A stretch of 64,000 bases of DNA from an uncultured virus (IMG/VR IMGVR_UViG_3300010361_000001). Lineage: Duplodnaviria; Heunggongvirae; Uroviricota; Caudoviricetes. A program made the position numbers and the translations under genes. The stretch's first letter is position 1; each line of letters starts with the position of its first letter. The notes beneath the pieces are model-generated. The model did not search any database, was not told the origin of the DNA, and was given only the letters and a program-made list of their open reading frames with translations. This document shows positions 9,637 through 19,980 of the stretch, in pieces. Where the stretch lies: IMG/VR virus record IMGVR_UViG_3300010361_000001. One strand, written 5' to 3'.

Positions 9637-11540
9637 GCATCGCGCCCGTCTCCCTGGGCACCATCGCTGACGTCATCCCCACCAACGTCATCGTCCCGCC
9701 CATCGACTACACCAGCCGGGACTACACCTCGATCATCAACGATCTCCTGACGCTGATCCCGAGCTACCTCCCGGAGTGGACCGATCGCAGCCCTGGGGAC
9801 TTCGGCATCGTCCTCCTGGAGCTATTCGCCTACGTCGGGGACATCCTCAACTACTACTCCGACCGGATCGCCAACGAGGCGTTCATCGCCACGGCCCAGC
9901 AACGCCAGTCTGTGCTGAACCTGGCGAACCTCCTGGACTACACCCCCCATGGCAACGTGGCAGCCACCACCACCCTTCAGTTCACCCTCAACGGGGGCGT
10001 CGGCCCGGTGCCCCAGCCCATCCTGGTCCCGGCCAACACCCAGGTGTCCACCACCCTTTCCGGCACCAGCATGGTGGTCTTCGAGACCCAGTCCGACCTG
10101 TGGATCTATGGCGACGGCATCGTCACCACCCTCAACGCCACCGGCACCGGGCTGGCTGGACAGCAGTACGTACTGGGAGATGCCACCAAGCCCTGGCCCA
10201 CCTACTACAACCCCACCGGCTCCGGCGTCACGCAGATCGTCCAGGTGGGGGCCACCACCTACACCATGGCCCCCGGCAACAGCTTCGTGGGCCAGGCGGC
10301 TGCGGCCACCATGTACACGATCATTAACGGCAACACCGTCCTTTTCGGGGGCGGCACAACGCAGTCCCCTGGAGCCATCCCGGCCAACGGCGCCGCCATC
10401 GTCATCAACTACGGCATGACCGCCCTGACGGCAGGCAACCCCCCTACCCCGGCCACCCAGTACGCCGGAACCGTCTCGGCCATCAACGGCACGTCGAGCG
10501 TGGGTGAGGGCATCGGCATCTCGGACGGCACGCCCAACCAGTACTACACCCTCTTCAACACCCCGGTAGTCGACGGCAGCATCACCGTCTATGTGGACGA
10601 GGGAGGCGGTCCCACCGCTTGGATCTACCACCAGCGGTTGGTCGACGCCTTCGCGTCAGAGGGCGCCTACACCCTCTCAGTGGACGCCAACGGCGTGGTG
10701 ACGGTGAGCTTCGGGGACAACATCACCGGAAGAATCCCCGCACCGGGTGCCATGATCACCGCTACCTATCTGATGGGGGGCGGCTCGATCGGCAACGTAG
10801 CTTCCGGGTCACTGGTCCAGATCAGTAGCGGTACTGATCCCACCGTTACCGCCGTCACTAACACCGTGCCAGCTACGGGTGGGGCCGACGTCGAGACCAT
10901 CGACCACATCCGGATCCACGCCCCGATGTCCATCACGGCCATCAACCGAGCGGTCACTCTGGACGACTATGCCGCCCTGGTGTTGAACATCCCGAGCATC
11001 GCTAAAGCTGCCACACTATCGACGGCCTACAACGCAGTCAGCGTCTATATCCACCCTGCCGGGGACTTCATCTCCGACCCCACAGCCCTGGGCAATAGGG
11101 TGTCAGCGCTCATCCCCACGATCACCAACTCGGCCTATACGGGCTATATGGACGACAAGAAGATGGTGGGTACGTCCATTGCTGTTATCCCTCCGCAGTA
11201 CAACAAGGCAGGGGTGCTACAGACCGGCTACGTGCCCATCGACATCGCTGCGACCATCCAGGTGCTGCCCCAGTACCACCAGTCGACGGTGTCATCAGCC
11301 GCTCAAGCAGCTATCCAGAACCTGCTGCTGTTCTCGGTGGTGGACTTCGGCTGGAGGGTCACGCTATCGAGCCTGTACCACGCGATCATGGAGGTGGAAG
11401 GCATCGACTACGTAGTGGTCACGGTGCTATGCCGGGACGAGGTCACCCCTCAGACCTGTGCTGATGTCCAGTGCGCCGTCTACGAGATCCCCCAGTGCCA
11501 TGCCGTCACCATCACGGCCAATGGAGGTGTGGTCTATTGA
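9633..11540 (+). CDS. baseplate J-like / wedge protein
   Basis: DYTSRDY, PEWTD.SPGDFGIVLLELFAY, FGD...G.IP, GGADVET, RAVTLDDY. Confidence 0.9.
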   Translation: MSIAPVSLGTIADVIPTNVIVPPIDYTSRDYTSIINDLLTLIPSYLPEWTDRSPGDFGIVLLELFAYVGDILNYYSDRIANEAFIATAQQRQSVLNLANLLDYTPHGNVAATTTLQFTLNGGVGPVPQPILVPANTQVSTTLSGTSMVVFETQSDLWIYGDGIVTTLNATGTGLAGQQYVLGDATKPWPTYYNPTGSGVTQIVQVGATTYTMAPGNSFVGQAAAATMYTIINGNTVLFGGGTTQSPGAIPANGAAIVINYGMTALTAGNPPTPATQYAGTVSAINGTSSVGEGIGISDGTPNQYYTLFNTPVVDGSITVYVDEGGGPTAWIYHQRLVDAFASEGAYTLSVDANGVVTVSFGDNITGRIPAPGAMITATYLMGGGSIGNVASGSLVQISSGTDPTVTAVTNTVPATGGADVETIDHIRIHAPMSITAINRAVTLDDYAALVLNIPSIAKAATLSTAYNAVSVYIHPAGDFISDPTALGNRVSALIPTITNSAYTGYMDDKKMVGTSIAVIPPQYNKAGVLQTGYVPIDIAATIQVLPQYHQSTVSSAAQAAIQNLLLFSVVDFGWRVTLSSLYHAIMEVEGIDYVVVTVLCRDEVTPQTCADVQCAVYEIPQCHAVTITANGGVVY

Positions 11541-12283
11541 CCGCCGTCTTCCCCCACGCCATCAAGATCTTCCAGGTCTTCCACGACTACAGCGACATCA
11601 TTTGGGCGGTCTCGATCAACGAGTGCCACGATGAGATCCAGGCCCTGGAGTCGATGATGGGGATCAACCCCTTCCAGTCGACGCCCTATACCACCGTGGG
11701 CGGCGCCATCCAGGATCTCTACCTCAACAAGGCCCCGAGTAACCACACCCACATACACCGAAACCTGCTGGACGACACCCAGGGCAACGACCATCCCCAG
11801 TACATACTCACCACCGGGCAACCGGGCTTCACCGGCCCAGTAGGTGGCAAAGCTGGGGGCAGCCCTGCGGACCTCGTGCCACTCAGCCAGCTTCAGAGCA
11901 TGGGCTATCAGAACGCCGCCCAGGTACAAGCTGCTGTTAACGCTGCGCTCGCCAACCTCATGGCCGGGGCCTGGGGAGGGCCACCGCTGGCCGGAGCCGC
12001 CTCCTCCCCCGCCTGGAGGATCCAGGGGGGCCTCAAGTCGGGCCTGACCGATGGCAGTGGCCGGATCTCAGTCGCGTTCAACCCCGGCTATGGACGCTGC
12101 GTCCAAGCGTTCAGCGCCACCAAGCTGCCACCCTCAGGAGGAGGACCGCCCTACAACTGGATCGAGGCCCAGCTAACCCTGGTGGGTGTCTCCGGCTCCG
12201 GCGCCACCGTCCAGTTCTCACATGACTACTCCTGGCAGCCGAATCAATGGGTGACCTTTACGTGGATCGCCATAGGTAACTGA
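11537..12283 (+). CDS. putative tail/baseplate protein
   Basis: TTG overlapping upstream TGA, SD GGAGG; NDHPQY motif shared with the next ORF. Confidence 0.7.
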   Translation: MTAVFPHAIKIFQVFHDYSDIIWAVSINECHDEIQALESMMGINPFQSTPYTTVGGAIQDLYLNKAPSNHTHIHRNLLDDTQGNDHPQYILTTGQPGFTGPVGGKAGGSPADLVPLSQLQSMGYQNAAQVQAAVNAALANLMAGAWGGPPLAGAASSPAWRIQGGLKSGLTDGSGRISVAFNPGYGRCVQAFSATKLPPSGGGPPYNWIEAQLTLVGVSGSGATVQFSHDYSWQPNQWVTFTWIAIGN

Positions 12284-13143
12284 TGCCAACGCCTCCCCCG
12301 GTCCCAGCCGCCCAGCGCTACCCCCTGGCGATTCGTGACTTCGTCACCTACCAAAACCAGCCTGGTGACAACAACCACATCGTCCAGAGTTCCACCGGCC
12401 CGGTAGACCTGACTCTCGACGGGGCAGTGGTCACGCGTGACCTGCACACCGAGATCATCAGCCTGGAACAGACGATCGGAGCCAACCCGTTCATGGTGCC
12501 GGGGAACCCCACCATCGGGAAGTCCATCCAGTGGCTACACAGCAACCTGTCCCCCGGTCATGTCGGGCCTCGTGGCTCCATCGACCCTCTGCCGCCTCCT
12601 TCCCATAGCCACGTCCACCAGCAGATGTCGGGCCGAAACGGTGACGACCACCCCCAATACATGCTCGTTAACGGCAGTCGGCCCTTTATCAACCCCGTCA
12701 CGGCGCCCGCTGCACAGAACGGTCACGAGTTGATCACACTGGCCCAGGCCAAGGGCGCAGGGCTGACCTGGCAACAGGTGCAGAGCATCATCCAGTCCTC
12801 ATTGACCAACGCCATGGATGGTGGTGCCAGCGGACCCATCCTGGGACCGGACAACCGCCGCTGGAAGATGGCGGGCGGGTACTTCAACGGCTACACCGAC
12901 GAAAATGGCAACGCCTATGTCGACTTCAGCGCCGCCCAGTTTTCCGGACTGCTGAGCTTCATCTACATGAAGATGCCCTTCCCCGGCCAGAGCATGCTGG
13001 GCTGGTACAACTACCAGTACATGGAGGACCAGTTGATCCTCCTGGGCCTCTCCAACACGGGGGCGCTCATCCAGTTCATCGAGGACATCGTGGTGGACCG
13101 GCGAGCCAACGTGGCCTGCACCTGGATCGCACTGGGGATCTAG
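12283..13143 (+). CDS. putative tail/baseplate protein
   Basis: paralog of 11537 ORF (HSHVH...DDHPQY). Confidence 0.7.
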   Translation: MPTPPPVPAAQRYPLAIRDFVTYQNQPGDNNHIVQSSTGPVDLTLDGAVVTRDLHTEIISLEQTIGANPFMVPGNPTIGKSIQWLHSNLSPGHVGPRGSIDPLPPPSHSHVHQQMSGRNGDDHPQYMLVNGSRPFINPVTAPAAQNGHELITLAQAKGAGLTWQQVQSIIQSSLTNAMDGGASGPILGPDNRRWKMAGGYFNGYTDENGNAYVDFSAAQFSGLLSFIYMKMPFPGQSMLGWYNYQYMEDQLILLGLSNTGALIQFIEDIVVDRRANVACTWIALGI

Positions 13144-16100
13144 TGGGCGTCTACGGCATCGACTTCTACGGGGTGGGCCGCTTCGGTCCTGACCCGGCCC
13201 TGGTGCGGCCCGACTTCTCGGTAGCTCCCTTCGACTTCCTGCCGCTCGACTACCAGTCCCTCCACCTGACCTGGAAGAACCCGGTCTCAGCCGACTGCAC
13301 CCAGTTGCGACTGGTTCGCAATGGCAGCAACCTGCCCCAGGACGAGAACGACGGCGCTCAGGTCTTCGTGCTGTCCAACTACGCCACCACCAACACCAAT
13401 GACGCGATCGTCGTAGGAGCTATCACCAGCCTGACCGACGTCCACCTAGCCGGTGGCTTCCAGTACTACACGATGTTCGGCTGGTCAGCGAGCAGTCAGG
13501 TTTGGGTCCGCTGCACCGACCTGATCGCCCTGGTGCCCCTCCCCTGGGGCTACGGCTGGCGCATGTACAACCTCATGCCCATGGCCTATCGGGACGCCGA
13601 CATCATCCTGGTGGACCCATACAACCCCTGGTCTACTGAGGGGCTGCCAGGCGGCTCTCCCCCGCTCCAGCGCTACCTCCAGCTAGTCGGCTTCCAGTTC
13701 GACTTCATCCGCACCGAGATGGAGTCCCTGATGTCGATCAACGACGTAGCGAACTGCTCCGGCGCGTTGCTCCCTCTCATGGCTCAGCAGCTTGGGCTGG
13801 TACATGAGCCTGAGGTGGGCATGCAGCAGGAGCGCCAGCTAGTGCAGAACGCTGTCCACCTGTACAAGCAGAAGGGCAGCCCACGGGGCATCACCGAGAT
13901 GGCTTCGATCCTCACGAGCTATCCGGCCACCCAGCTTGTCCACCATGGCTATAACGAGCTTCTCTGCCTTGATGACGGCGTCATGGCCGACGCCATCGGC
14001 ACCTGGCAGGTCTGGCCTCCCCGGATCCCCACCGACCCGATCACCTGGAACGCGAACCCAGGGGGCTACACCGGCACCTACACCAACGTCTTCGCTCCCC
14101 TGGCAGGCCAGGCGGCTGGTGAAGCTCTGACCTGGATCCCCAACCTGCTGAGCGGCTCGATCGCCAACATGACCAACCCGCTGGAGACCTTCGGCACCCC
14201 CAGCACCTGGCCCTCCTCGATCCAGCCGCCCTATCAGAACAGTGGCATGCGAGTCCAGGGGACCGGCGCCGGGGACTACAACCTGACCACCAGCGGGATC
14301 CCCATCACCGACTTCTTGTCCCAGTACGGGGGTCCGGGCAACATCACCTGGCGGATCCAGGTTTGGTCAGCGACGGCCCGCACGGTCTGGCTGTCAGTGT
14401 GGGGTGATGTCGGCTCCGGCACCAGGGTCCAGGTACTACCCGAGCAGAGCTTCGTGGAGACGGCAGGCCACTGGACCACCATGACCATCACGGGGACCAT
14501 GAACCCGTACCCGAACTCGCTGCCAGGGGCGAGCGCGCCCACCGGGCCTGCGAGCTACTACCGGCTCTTCCCGCAGATCCGCATCGCCGGAGCGGCTGCC
14601 AACGAGGCCCACTACGTCACCATCTGCGGGCTGTGGCCCTGCACCCCGGCGCAGATCGGGATCGACACCCCGACCTACGACTACCCCCGAGACATCAAGC
14701 TGCTGCTCCAGCCCCAGGCATCCAACCTGCTGACCAACACGGTCAGCACCTTCTCCAAGATCAACCCCAGCCCGCCGCCCAGCCTGCTGGGCATCGGCTT
14801 CGATGGGCTGACCAACACGGTGGACCCCAACCAGCCCTCCACCCTGAACATCATCGCAGCGGCAGCCTCCGACTTTGAGACGGGCACCACGGGCAGCTAT
14901 ATCGTCAACAACTGCACCCTGGCGAACTCGACGGCCCAGGCCAACACCGGTACCCACAGCCTCCAGATCACCTCGACGGTGATCGGCAGCGGCACCAACC
15001 GGGTCTACGTGCGCTCTCCCCGGATGGGGGCGACGTCGAATCAGGTCTACACCGTCAATGCCTACTTCCGGCCAGGTACTACGGCTCGCCAGGTGGCGGC
15101 ATACCTCGTCTTCTTCGACTCCAAGGGCAATGCCCTGAGCGCTCAGACCCCGCCCTTCCTGGTGACCGAGACGGCTGCTGCCTGGGTTGGCACCAACACC
15201 GGCAGCCCTCCCACCACCCAGGTGGCGCCCGTGGGCACCACACAGATGGAGCTTCGCCTGGAGGTCCAGTACCCCGGCGCCGTCAATGAGATCCACTACG
15301 TCGACAGCGTCTCCGTCTACTACACCAACGCCGTCGCAAGCTGCCAGATGAGCATCCGTTACGCCAGCCTGGAGGATCCTCCCAGCCTGGCACCGATCAA
15401 CGGCATCGGTGCCCTCCAGGTGACCGCCATTGGGCCAGGAGCGACCATCTGGTGGGGCAAGGTGAGCGTCTGGTCCCCGCCATCGACCATCCCTGCCGGG
15501 TGGTTCGCCTCCAGTAGGCCCACCCCGCCTCCGGCCTACCCTGCTGGCCCAGTCAAGACACTGACCAACGACTGGTTTTTTGGAGCGGTGCAGGGTTACA
15601 ACCCCAGGAACTGGGTGGATCCGGTGTGGGGTTGGTTCATGACCAACCAGACATTTTTTGGCACCGGCAGCGCTGTGGTCAACGGCATTTGGTTCGCCGC
15701 CCCACCCCAGCCGCCTATCTACGGAAGCAACCTGAGCGCGTACAATGTAACGGCGGGTCAGCCCTTTAACTTCAGCATCTACGCCCAGTACATGACCGTC
15801 CAGGATCCCACCAACGCACAGATGCAGATGGGCCTGCGCTGGTACTACCCGGACGGCAACTGGATCGAGACCAGCATGACGGTGATGCTGACCGCCAACT
15901 ACGTTCGCTACAGCATGCCGGATCCAAATAATCTGGCCTCGTACTACCTGGGCGAGCCACCACCGGAAGGGTCGACGCCGAATGACCCCAATCCACCCAC
16001 CGGTATTTTGCCGACGCTGGTCTACCCCTTCGTGCGGTTCACAGCCGCTCAGAACGCTCAGTTCCTCCTGAACTCGGCCATGCTGTCACCGGGCCTGAGC

Positions 16101-16316
16101 TTGCCGCCCTACATGGACGCGACCAGCTATAGCTCAGCCAGTGGGGACTTCATCCAGGACGGCTCAGGCGCCAGCTACGTCTACCGGCGCCGCACGCCCA
16201 GGGTCGCCCGCCTCAATGAGCAGTTGTACCGTTGGGTGCCCATGGGCAGCACCTACTCCATCACCTACGCCTCAGCCGCCGTCGCCCCGCCGCTCGATCC
16301 CACGACGTGGCCGTAG
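13143..16316 (+). CDS. large tail protein (P2 gpI-like segment plus carbohydrate-binding-like domain)
   Basis: LLPLMAQQLG...AVHLYKQKGSPRG; CBM-like SDFETG..SLQIT. Confidence 0.75.
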   Translation: MGVYGIDFYGVGRFGPDPALVRPDFSVAPFDFLPLDYQSLHLTWKNPVSADCTQLRLVRNGSNLPQDENDGAQVFVLSNYATTNTNDAIVVGAITSLTDVHLAGGFQYYTMFGWSASSQVWVRCTDLIALVPLPWGYGWRMYNLMPMAYRDADIILVDPYNPWSTEGLPGGSPPLQRYLQLVGFQFDFIRTEMESLMSINDVANCSGALLPLMAQQLGLVHEPEVGMQQERQLVQNAVHLYKQKGSPRGITEMASILTSYPATQLVHHGYNELLCLDDGVMADAIGTWQVWPPRIPTDPITWNANPGGYTGTYTNVFAPLAGQAAGEALTWIPNLLSGSIANMTNPLETFGTPSTWPSSIQPPYQNSGMRVQGTGAGDYNLTTSGIPITDFLSQYGGPGNITWRIQVWSATARTVWLSVWGDVGSGTRVQVLPEQSFVETAGHWTTMTITGTMNPYPNSLPGASAPTGPASYYRLFPQIRIAGAAANEAHYVTICGLWPCTPAQIGIDTPTYDYPRDIKLLLQPQASNLLTNTVSTFSKINPSPPPSLLGIGFDGLTNTVDPNQPSTLNIIAAAASDFETGTTGSYIVNNCTLANSTAQANTGTHSLQITSTVIGSGTNRVYVRSPRMGATSNQVYTVNAYFRPGTTARQVAAYLVFFDSKGNALSAQTPPFLVTETAAAWVGTNTGSPPTTQVAPVGTTQMELRLEVQYPGAVNEIHYVDSVSVYYTNAVASCQMSIRYASLEDPPSLAPINGIGALQVTAIGPGATIWWGKVSVWSPPSTIPAGWFASSRPTPPPAYPAGPVKTLTNDWFFGAVQGYNPRNWVDPVWGWFMTNQTFFGTGSAVVNGIWFAAPPQPPIYGSNLSAYNVTAGQPFNFSIYAQYMTVQDPTNAQMQMGLRWYYPDGNWIETSMTVMLTANYVRYSMPDPNNLASYYLGEPPPEGSTPNDPNPPTGILPTLVYPFVRFTAAQNAQFLLNSAMLSPGLSLPPYMDATSYSSASGDFIQDGSGASYVYRRRTPRVARLNEQLYRWVPMGSTYSITYASAAVAPPLDPTTWP

Positions 16317-16612
16317 ACCTGGGCTGGGCGGTCCTGATCGGCTTCGGGGCCACCCGGCTGACAGAGCTATGGAAAGAGGTCATGATCCGGGTGGGGATCA
16401 TCCGGCAACAGGCATGGTGGAAAGCCGTCCTCAACTTGCTTGTATGCGGGGTGCTGGCCCTGCTGGTCACCCACCACTCCTGGGAGACCCGTGTGCTGAT
16501 CGCCGTGGGGGCCTCAGGGTTCTCGATGCTCTTCCATGCGACCGACACCCTGATCCGCCACCAGCGGGACCGGATCGTGTCTGAGGTACTAGGACGGCGC
16601 ACCCGACGATAG
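16307..16612 (+). CDS. membrane protein, possible holin
   Basis: 2-3 hydrophobic helices, basic C-terminus, end of tail module. Confidence 0.55.
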   Translation: MAVDLGWAVLIGFGATRLTELWKEVMIRVGIIRQQAWWKAVLNLLVCGVLALLVTHHSWETRVLIAVGASGFSMLFHATDTLIRHQRDRIVSEVLGRRTRR

Positions 16613-16617
16613 AGTGC

Positions 16618-16647
16618 TTGACCTTGTAGTACCCGGCTTGTTATCTT
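16618..16647 (+). promoter_or_regulatory. housekeeping-sigma-type promoter
   Basis: TTGACC-N18-TATCTT with TGn extension. Confidence 0.65.
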
Positions 16648-16651
16648 CTGG

Positions 16652-16730
16652 CTGTCTCACCTCCTTTCCAGCCGGAGTGAGCGGTAGTCAGAAAGCCTCC
16701 CTCTCAGCGGGGAGGCTTTCGGCTTTCTTA
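16652..16730 (+). ncRNA. candidate sRNA containing anti-SD UCACCUCCUUUC
   Basis: promoter, then 16S 3'-end-like sequence, then terminator; no credible ORF. Confidence 0.5.
16691..16730 (+). terminator. intrinsic terminator
   Basis: GAAAGCCTCCC/GGGAGGCTTTC 11-bp stem followed by GGCTTTCTT. Confidence 0.75.
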
Positions 16731-16827
16731 GCGGAGATAATCGCCCACCAGGCTGCACCAGCCGCCAGTGACCGTTCAGAATGGCCTCACGTCGTTCATG
16801 CCCACATCAGTGGCGGAAGGAGCAGCC

Positions 16828-17781
16828 ATGGCAAGAGGATCGAAAGCCCAGGAAGGTGTGACCATCGGATTCCTGGGTACTGGGGAGATGGAGGTGGACC
16901 CCGCCACCGACCTGATCGAGCAGTTCATCAACGAGTCGGTCAAGCCGGAGGAGCCAGCCAAGTTCATCTTCCCCCTGACTAGTGCGGAGTTCTCGGACTC
17001 CATGGACCGGCTGGCCGAGATGGCGAGGAAGTCCAAGATCGCCTACGAGTGCATCGTCACCCCTGAGGACAAGAAGCGCAGGGCCTTCCAGGAGGTCATC
17101 AACGGGGCCGTCCACACCCACACGGTCACCGACATATGGACGCAGATGGAGCAGATCCTGGTGGACGCGCCCAAGTCCGCTCTCTTCGTCCTGTGGGACG
17201 ACAAGAGGGACGACGAGCTTCAGGAGATCTGCTTCAAGTTCGTGGATGCCGACATCAACGTCCTCGATCTCACCAACAACCTCGTGCGGCTGGGCCGTGA
17301 AGAGGGCGATGAGGGTGAGGCCCCTGACGAGCCGGAGGAAGAGGACGAGGGCACCGACGAGGCCGAAGAGGTGCGCGAGCTTGAAGCTGAGGCTGTCGTC
17401 TCGGTCTTCACCAGGGCGCAGCTTGAGAAGATGAGCCACTCCGACGTGAAGGACGTGGCCGTGGGCCTGGGCCTGCCGCCCAGGAAAGCCAGGGAGAACA
17501 TGATCGTCGCCATCCTGGAGGCTCAGGGTTCTCCTGAAGCCGTCTCAGAGGCCCCTGAGCGGCCACAGGCGGTCACAGCCGCTCCTGTGGACGTGGATGC
17601 CCTATCTGAGGCTCTGACGGCCTTCAGGAAGGGCCTGGCCGATGACCTGGAGGAGTTCCGCCTGGCCTTCGCCAGCACCGTCGAGGGGATCCTCTTCAAC
17701 GTCGCCCCTGAGAAGCCCATGGAGGTCGAGGACGAGCCTGCTCCTGAGCCGAGCGGGCGTCGTCGTCTCGTTCGCCGGTAA
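16828..17781 (+). CDS. acidic protein with Rho-N/SAP-like helical domain
   Basis: FTRAQLEKMSHSDVKDVAVGLGL...MIVAILEAQ; ends RRRLVRR. Confidence 0.7.
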   Translation: MARGSKAQEGVTIGFLGTGEMEVDPATDLIEQFINESVKPEEPAKFIFPLTSAEFSDSMDRLAEMARKSKIAYECIVTPEDKKRRAFQEVINGAVHTHTVTDIWTQMEQILVDAPKSALFVLWDDKRDDELQEICFKFVDADINVLDLTNNLVRLGREEGDEGEAPDEPEEEDEGTDEAEEVRELEAEAVVSVFTRAQLEKMSHSDVKDVAVGLGLPPRKARENMIVAILEAQGSPEAVSEAPERPQAVTAAPVDVDALSEALTAFRKGLADDLEEFRLAFASTVEGILFNVAPEKPMEVEDEPAPEPSGRRRLVRR

Positions 17782-18050
17782 TGCCCCGCAGGCTGGTTCG
17801 CAGCCAGGAGCCAGAGCCTGAGGAGCCGGAGCTTCCTCCGGAGGAGGATCAGGAGGGGGATGAGACTCCCCCGGAGGAACCCTTGCTCTACAACGCTGAA
17901 GCTGCCGCCCGCATCCTGGGCGGCATCAGCACGTCCATGCTCTACCGGTACGTCCAGAACGGTGAGCTACACCCGGTCAAGCTGGGCAGCCGCACCCTGT
18001 TCACCAGGGAGGAACTGACCCGCTTCGTCAAGGCGAAACAGGGCGGATGA
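17781..18050 (+). CDS. excisionase-like HTH protein
   Basis: LYNAEAAARILGGISTSMLYRYVQNGELHPVKLGSRTLF. Confidence 0.85.
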   Translation: MPRRLVRSQEPEPEEPELPPEEDQEGDETPPEEPLLYNAEAAARILGGISTSMLYRYVQNGELHPVKLGSRTLFTREELTRFVKAKQGG

Positions 18051-18498
18051 CGTCGGTCTGAGTGTTGACCCACTCCTCGTGGGTGGGGCTGTCCTGGATG
18101 ATGACCCACCCGTCGTCGGTGATGGCGTTGATGCGCCCTGAGCCGACGTGGCTCTCTTGTCGGGGGCCGACTGGGGCTGTGCGATACTCCACGTACCCCC
18201 CCACCTGGAGGACGGGCGATTCCCCCGGCCCGTCCTCCAGGTCATCATCGTCCTCCTCGTCCTCCCCCTGGAGGGCCTCCCACACCGCAGGCGGCGTGAT
18301 GTTGGAGGTCACTACCAGGGAGAGGCCGTGCGACCCAAGCCAGTGCTTGAGGCCCACGGGAGGGTCCAGGTGATCGAGCAGATCGTCGCCCGTGATAGCC
18401 AGGACGGCGATTAGCTGATCAGCTACGCGCTCCATCGTGTCACCGTCGTACTCCTCCAGGACGGTGCAGATCACGTTGAAGGTGTCTTCACGATTCAT
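18028..18498 (-). CDS. hypothetical protein
   Basis: 156 aa acidic ORF. Confidence 0.65.
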   Translation of the reverse strand: MNREDTFNVICTVLEEYDGDTMERVADQLIAVLAITGDDLLDHLDPPVGLKHWLGSHGLSLVVTSNITPPAVWEALQGEDEEDDDDLEDGPGESPVLQVGGYVEYRTAPVGPRQESHVGSGRINAITDDGWVIIQDSPTHEEWVNTQTDVIRPVSP

Positions 18499-18604
18499 GA
18501 TTCATGACTCTTGAAAGGTGGCGCCGGGGGTGCGGGCCGTTCCTCGCCCGCTAGTAGGCCGGGTGCGACCCGACTCTCCGGCCCCCCGGCGTCCCTCCCA
18601 TGGC

Positions 18605-19258
18605 TCATACCAGGGCTGGCAGGCTCCCTCGATGGACGTTGGCCGTGCGGAGGAAGTGGTCCTCGTCGTGGCGGATCTCGATCATCTGCATGAGCCACGC
18701 GTCACCCTCCGGCAGCATCTCGTAGGTGTCACCGGGTGGTCTCCTGGGATGGGCACACAGGCGGGCCTGCACGGTCCCATCGGCCTTCAGGAGGTCGACG
18801 TTGCCGCTCTGGCCCTCAGCCCGGATGCAATAACGACGGCCCTTAGAACCGGTCACGTAAAAGCGCCCATGCCGGTTTAACTCGGCCTTCTGCTCGTCGT
18901 CCAGGAAGTCCTCCAGGAGGGTACGCGCTCGTGCCCGAGCCGCCACCCTGCGCTGGTTGCGCTCCTCATAGATAGCCCGCTGGCGAGCCTCACGGGCCTC
19001 CATCTCAGCCACCTCTTCCGGCGTCAAGACCCGTGGCGTATACGGCGTCTGATTCCACTGGATCCATACCTGATTGGCGTAGGTGTTCTGCGTGATGATG
19101 GTGGAAGTGGTGTTCCAGTTGAGCCAGGCCAGGTCAGGGGAGGAGACAGTGGTCTGATAGCTGGGGGTCTGGCTCCAGGTGTAGTTCGCCGGGATGTAGT
19201 TGGTGGTAGTGGCCGACGTGGTGTAGTACTGCTGCGGCCAGTAGCCGGTCTGTGGCAT
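18605..19258 (-). CDS. hypothetical protein
   Basis: start MPQTGY coupled to the upstream stop. Confidence 0.7.
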   Translation of the reverse strand: MPQTGYWPQQYYTTSATTTNYIPANYTWSQTPSYQTTVSSPDLAWLNWNTTSTIITQNTYANQVWIQWNQTPYTPRVLTPEEVAEMEAREARQRAIYEERNQRRVAARARARTLLEDFLDDEQKAELNRHGRFYVTGSKGRRYCIRAEGQSGNVDLLKADGTVQARLCAHPRRPPGDTYEMLPEGDAWLMQMIEIRHDEDHFLRTANVHRGSLPALV

Positions 19259-19527
19259 CAGCCCCCCTGTAGAGCAGGGGAAAAGATGATCTTCTCGGCC
19301 TGGGGGTCGAAGGTGGTGATGCGGGCGTCCTTGTCGCCCTTCCTGGTGACCGACCACGCCTGCATACCACGCTTGATCATGCGGTCGAACAGCGAGCGAG
19401 CTTCCTCGACTTCGGCCTCGCTATTGCGGTCCCATATGTGCTTGGTGTCACCGGAGTGGTCAAGGACGACGATCACCCCTACACCGGGGATCTCCTCCTT
19501 GTTGGCTTCTGCTACGAGCGTTGTCAT
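19258..19527 (-). CDS. hypothetical protein
   Basis: SD AGGAGG; ends SPALQGG. Confidence 0.7.
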   Translation of the reverse strand: MTTLVAEANKEEIPGVGVIVVLDHSGDTKHIWDRNSEAEVEEARSLFDRMIKRGMQAWSVTRKGDKDARITTFDPQAEKIIFSPALQGG

Positions 19528-19695
19528 GGCTGTCCTCCTGGCTTGTCGTACCAAAGCCGCTCATGATGTCGGCACTGGCATGTCTCATCAGTACACAGGT
19601 CATGCTGACCCTGCATGCAGGCCACACTCGCTGTGCGGCCCACGGCTCCCCCCAGTTCAGCGACCGGGGGGAACGCCTCAAGATTCTCCGGGACG

Positions 19696-19980
19696 TCAGG
19701 CACCTCTGTTTTCCATGGCGCTGACTTCTAGCCTGGCTGCCTCGTCGGCCTCGATCTGCTCCCTGGTGCGGCGTACGCGTTTCTTCGGGGTCTGGATGCG
19801 GTCGTTGGCCCACCGGCTGACGCAGGCCCAGGAGCAGAACACCCGCATCTCCAGGTTGCCCTGGCCCTCCTGGTAGTAGTCGGCTGACAGCCAGCCGTCC
19901 GGGATCTCGGCGCCATCAGCCGCCGCCCCGAGTTTTCCACAGGATCTAAGGTCACACTCAACCGCCGTTACCTTCGCCAT
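19696..19980 (-). CDS. hypothetical Zn-binding protein
   Basis: CDLRSC ... FCSWAC; SD GGAGG. Confidence 0.65.
   Translation of the reverse strand: MAKVTAVECDLRSCGKLGAAADGAEIPDGWLSADYYQEGQGNLEMRVFCSWACVSRWANDRIQTPKKRVRRTREQIEADEAARLEVSAMENRGA

Noticed and set aside
16614..16982. 122-aa ORF across the intergenic region
   Set aside because: Runs through promoter and terminator, with atypical codon usage
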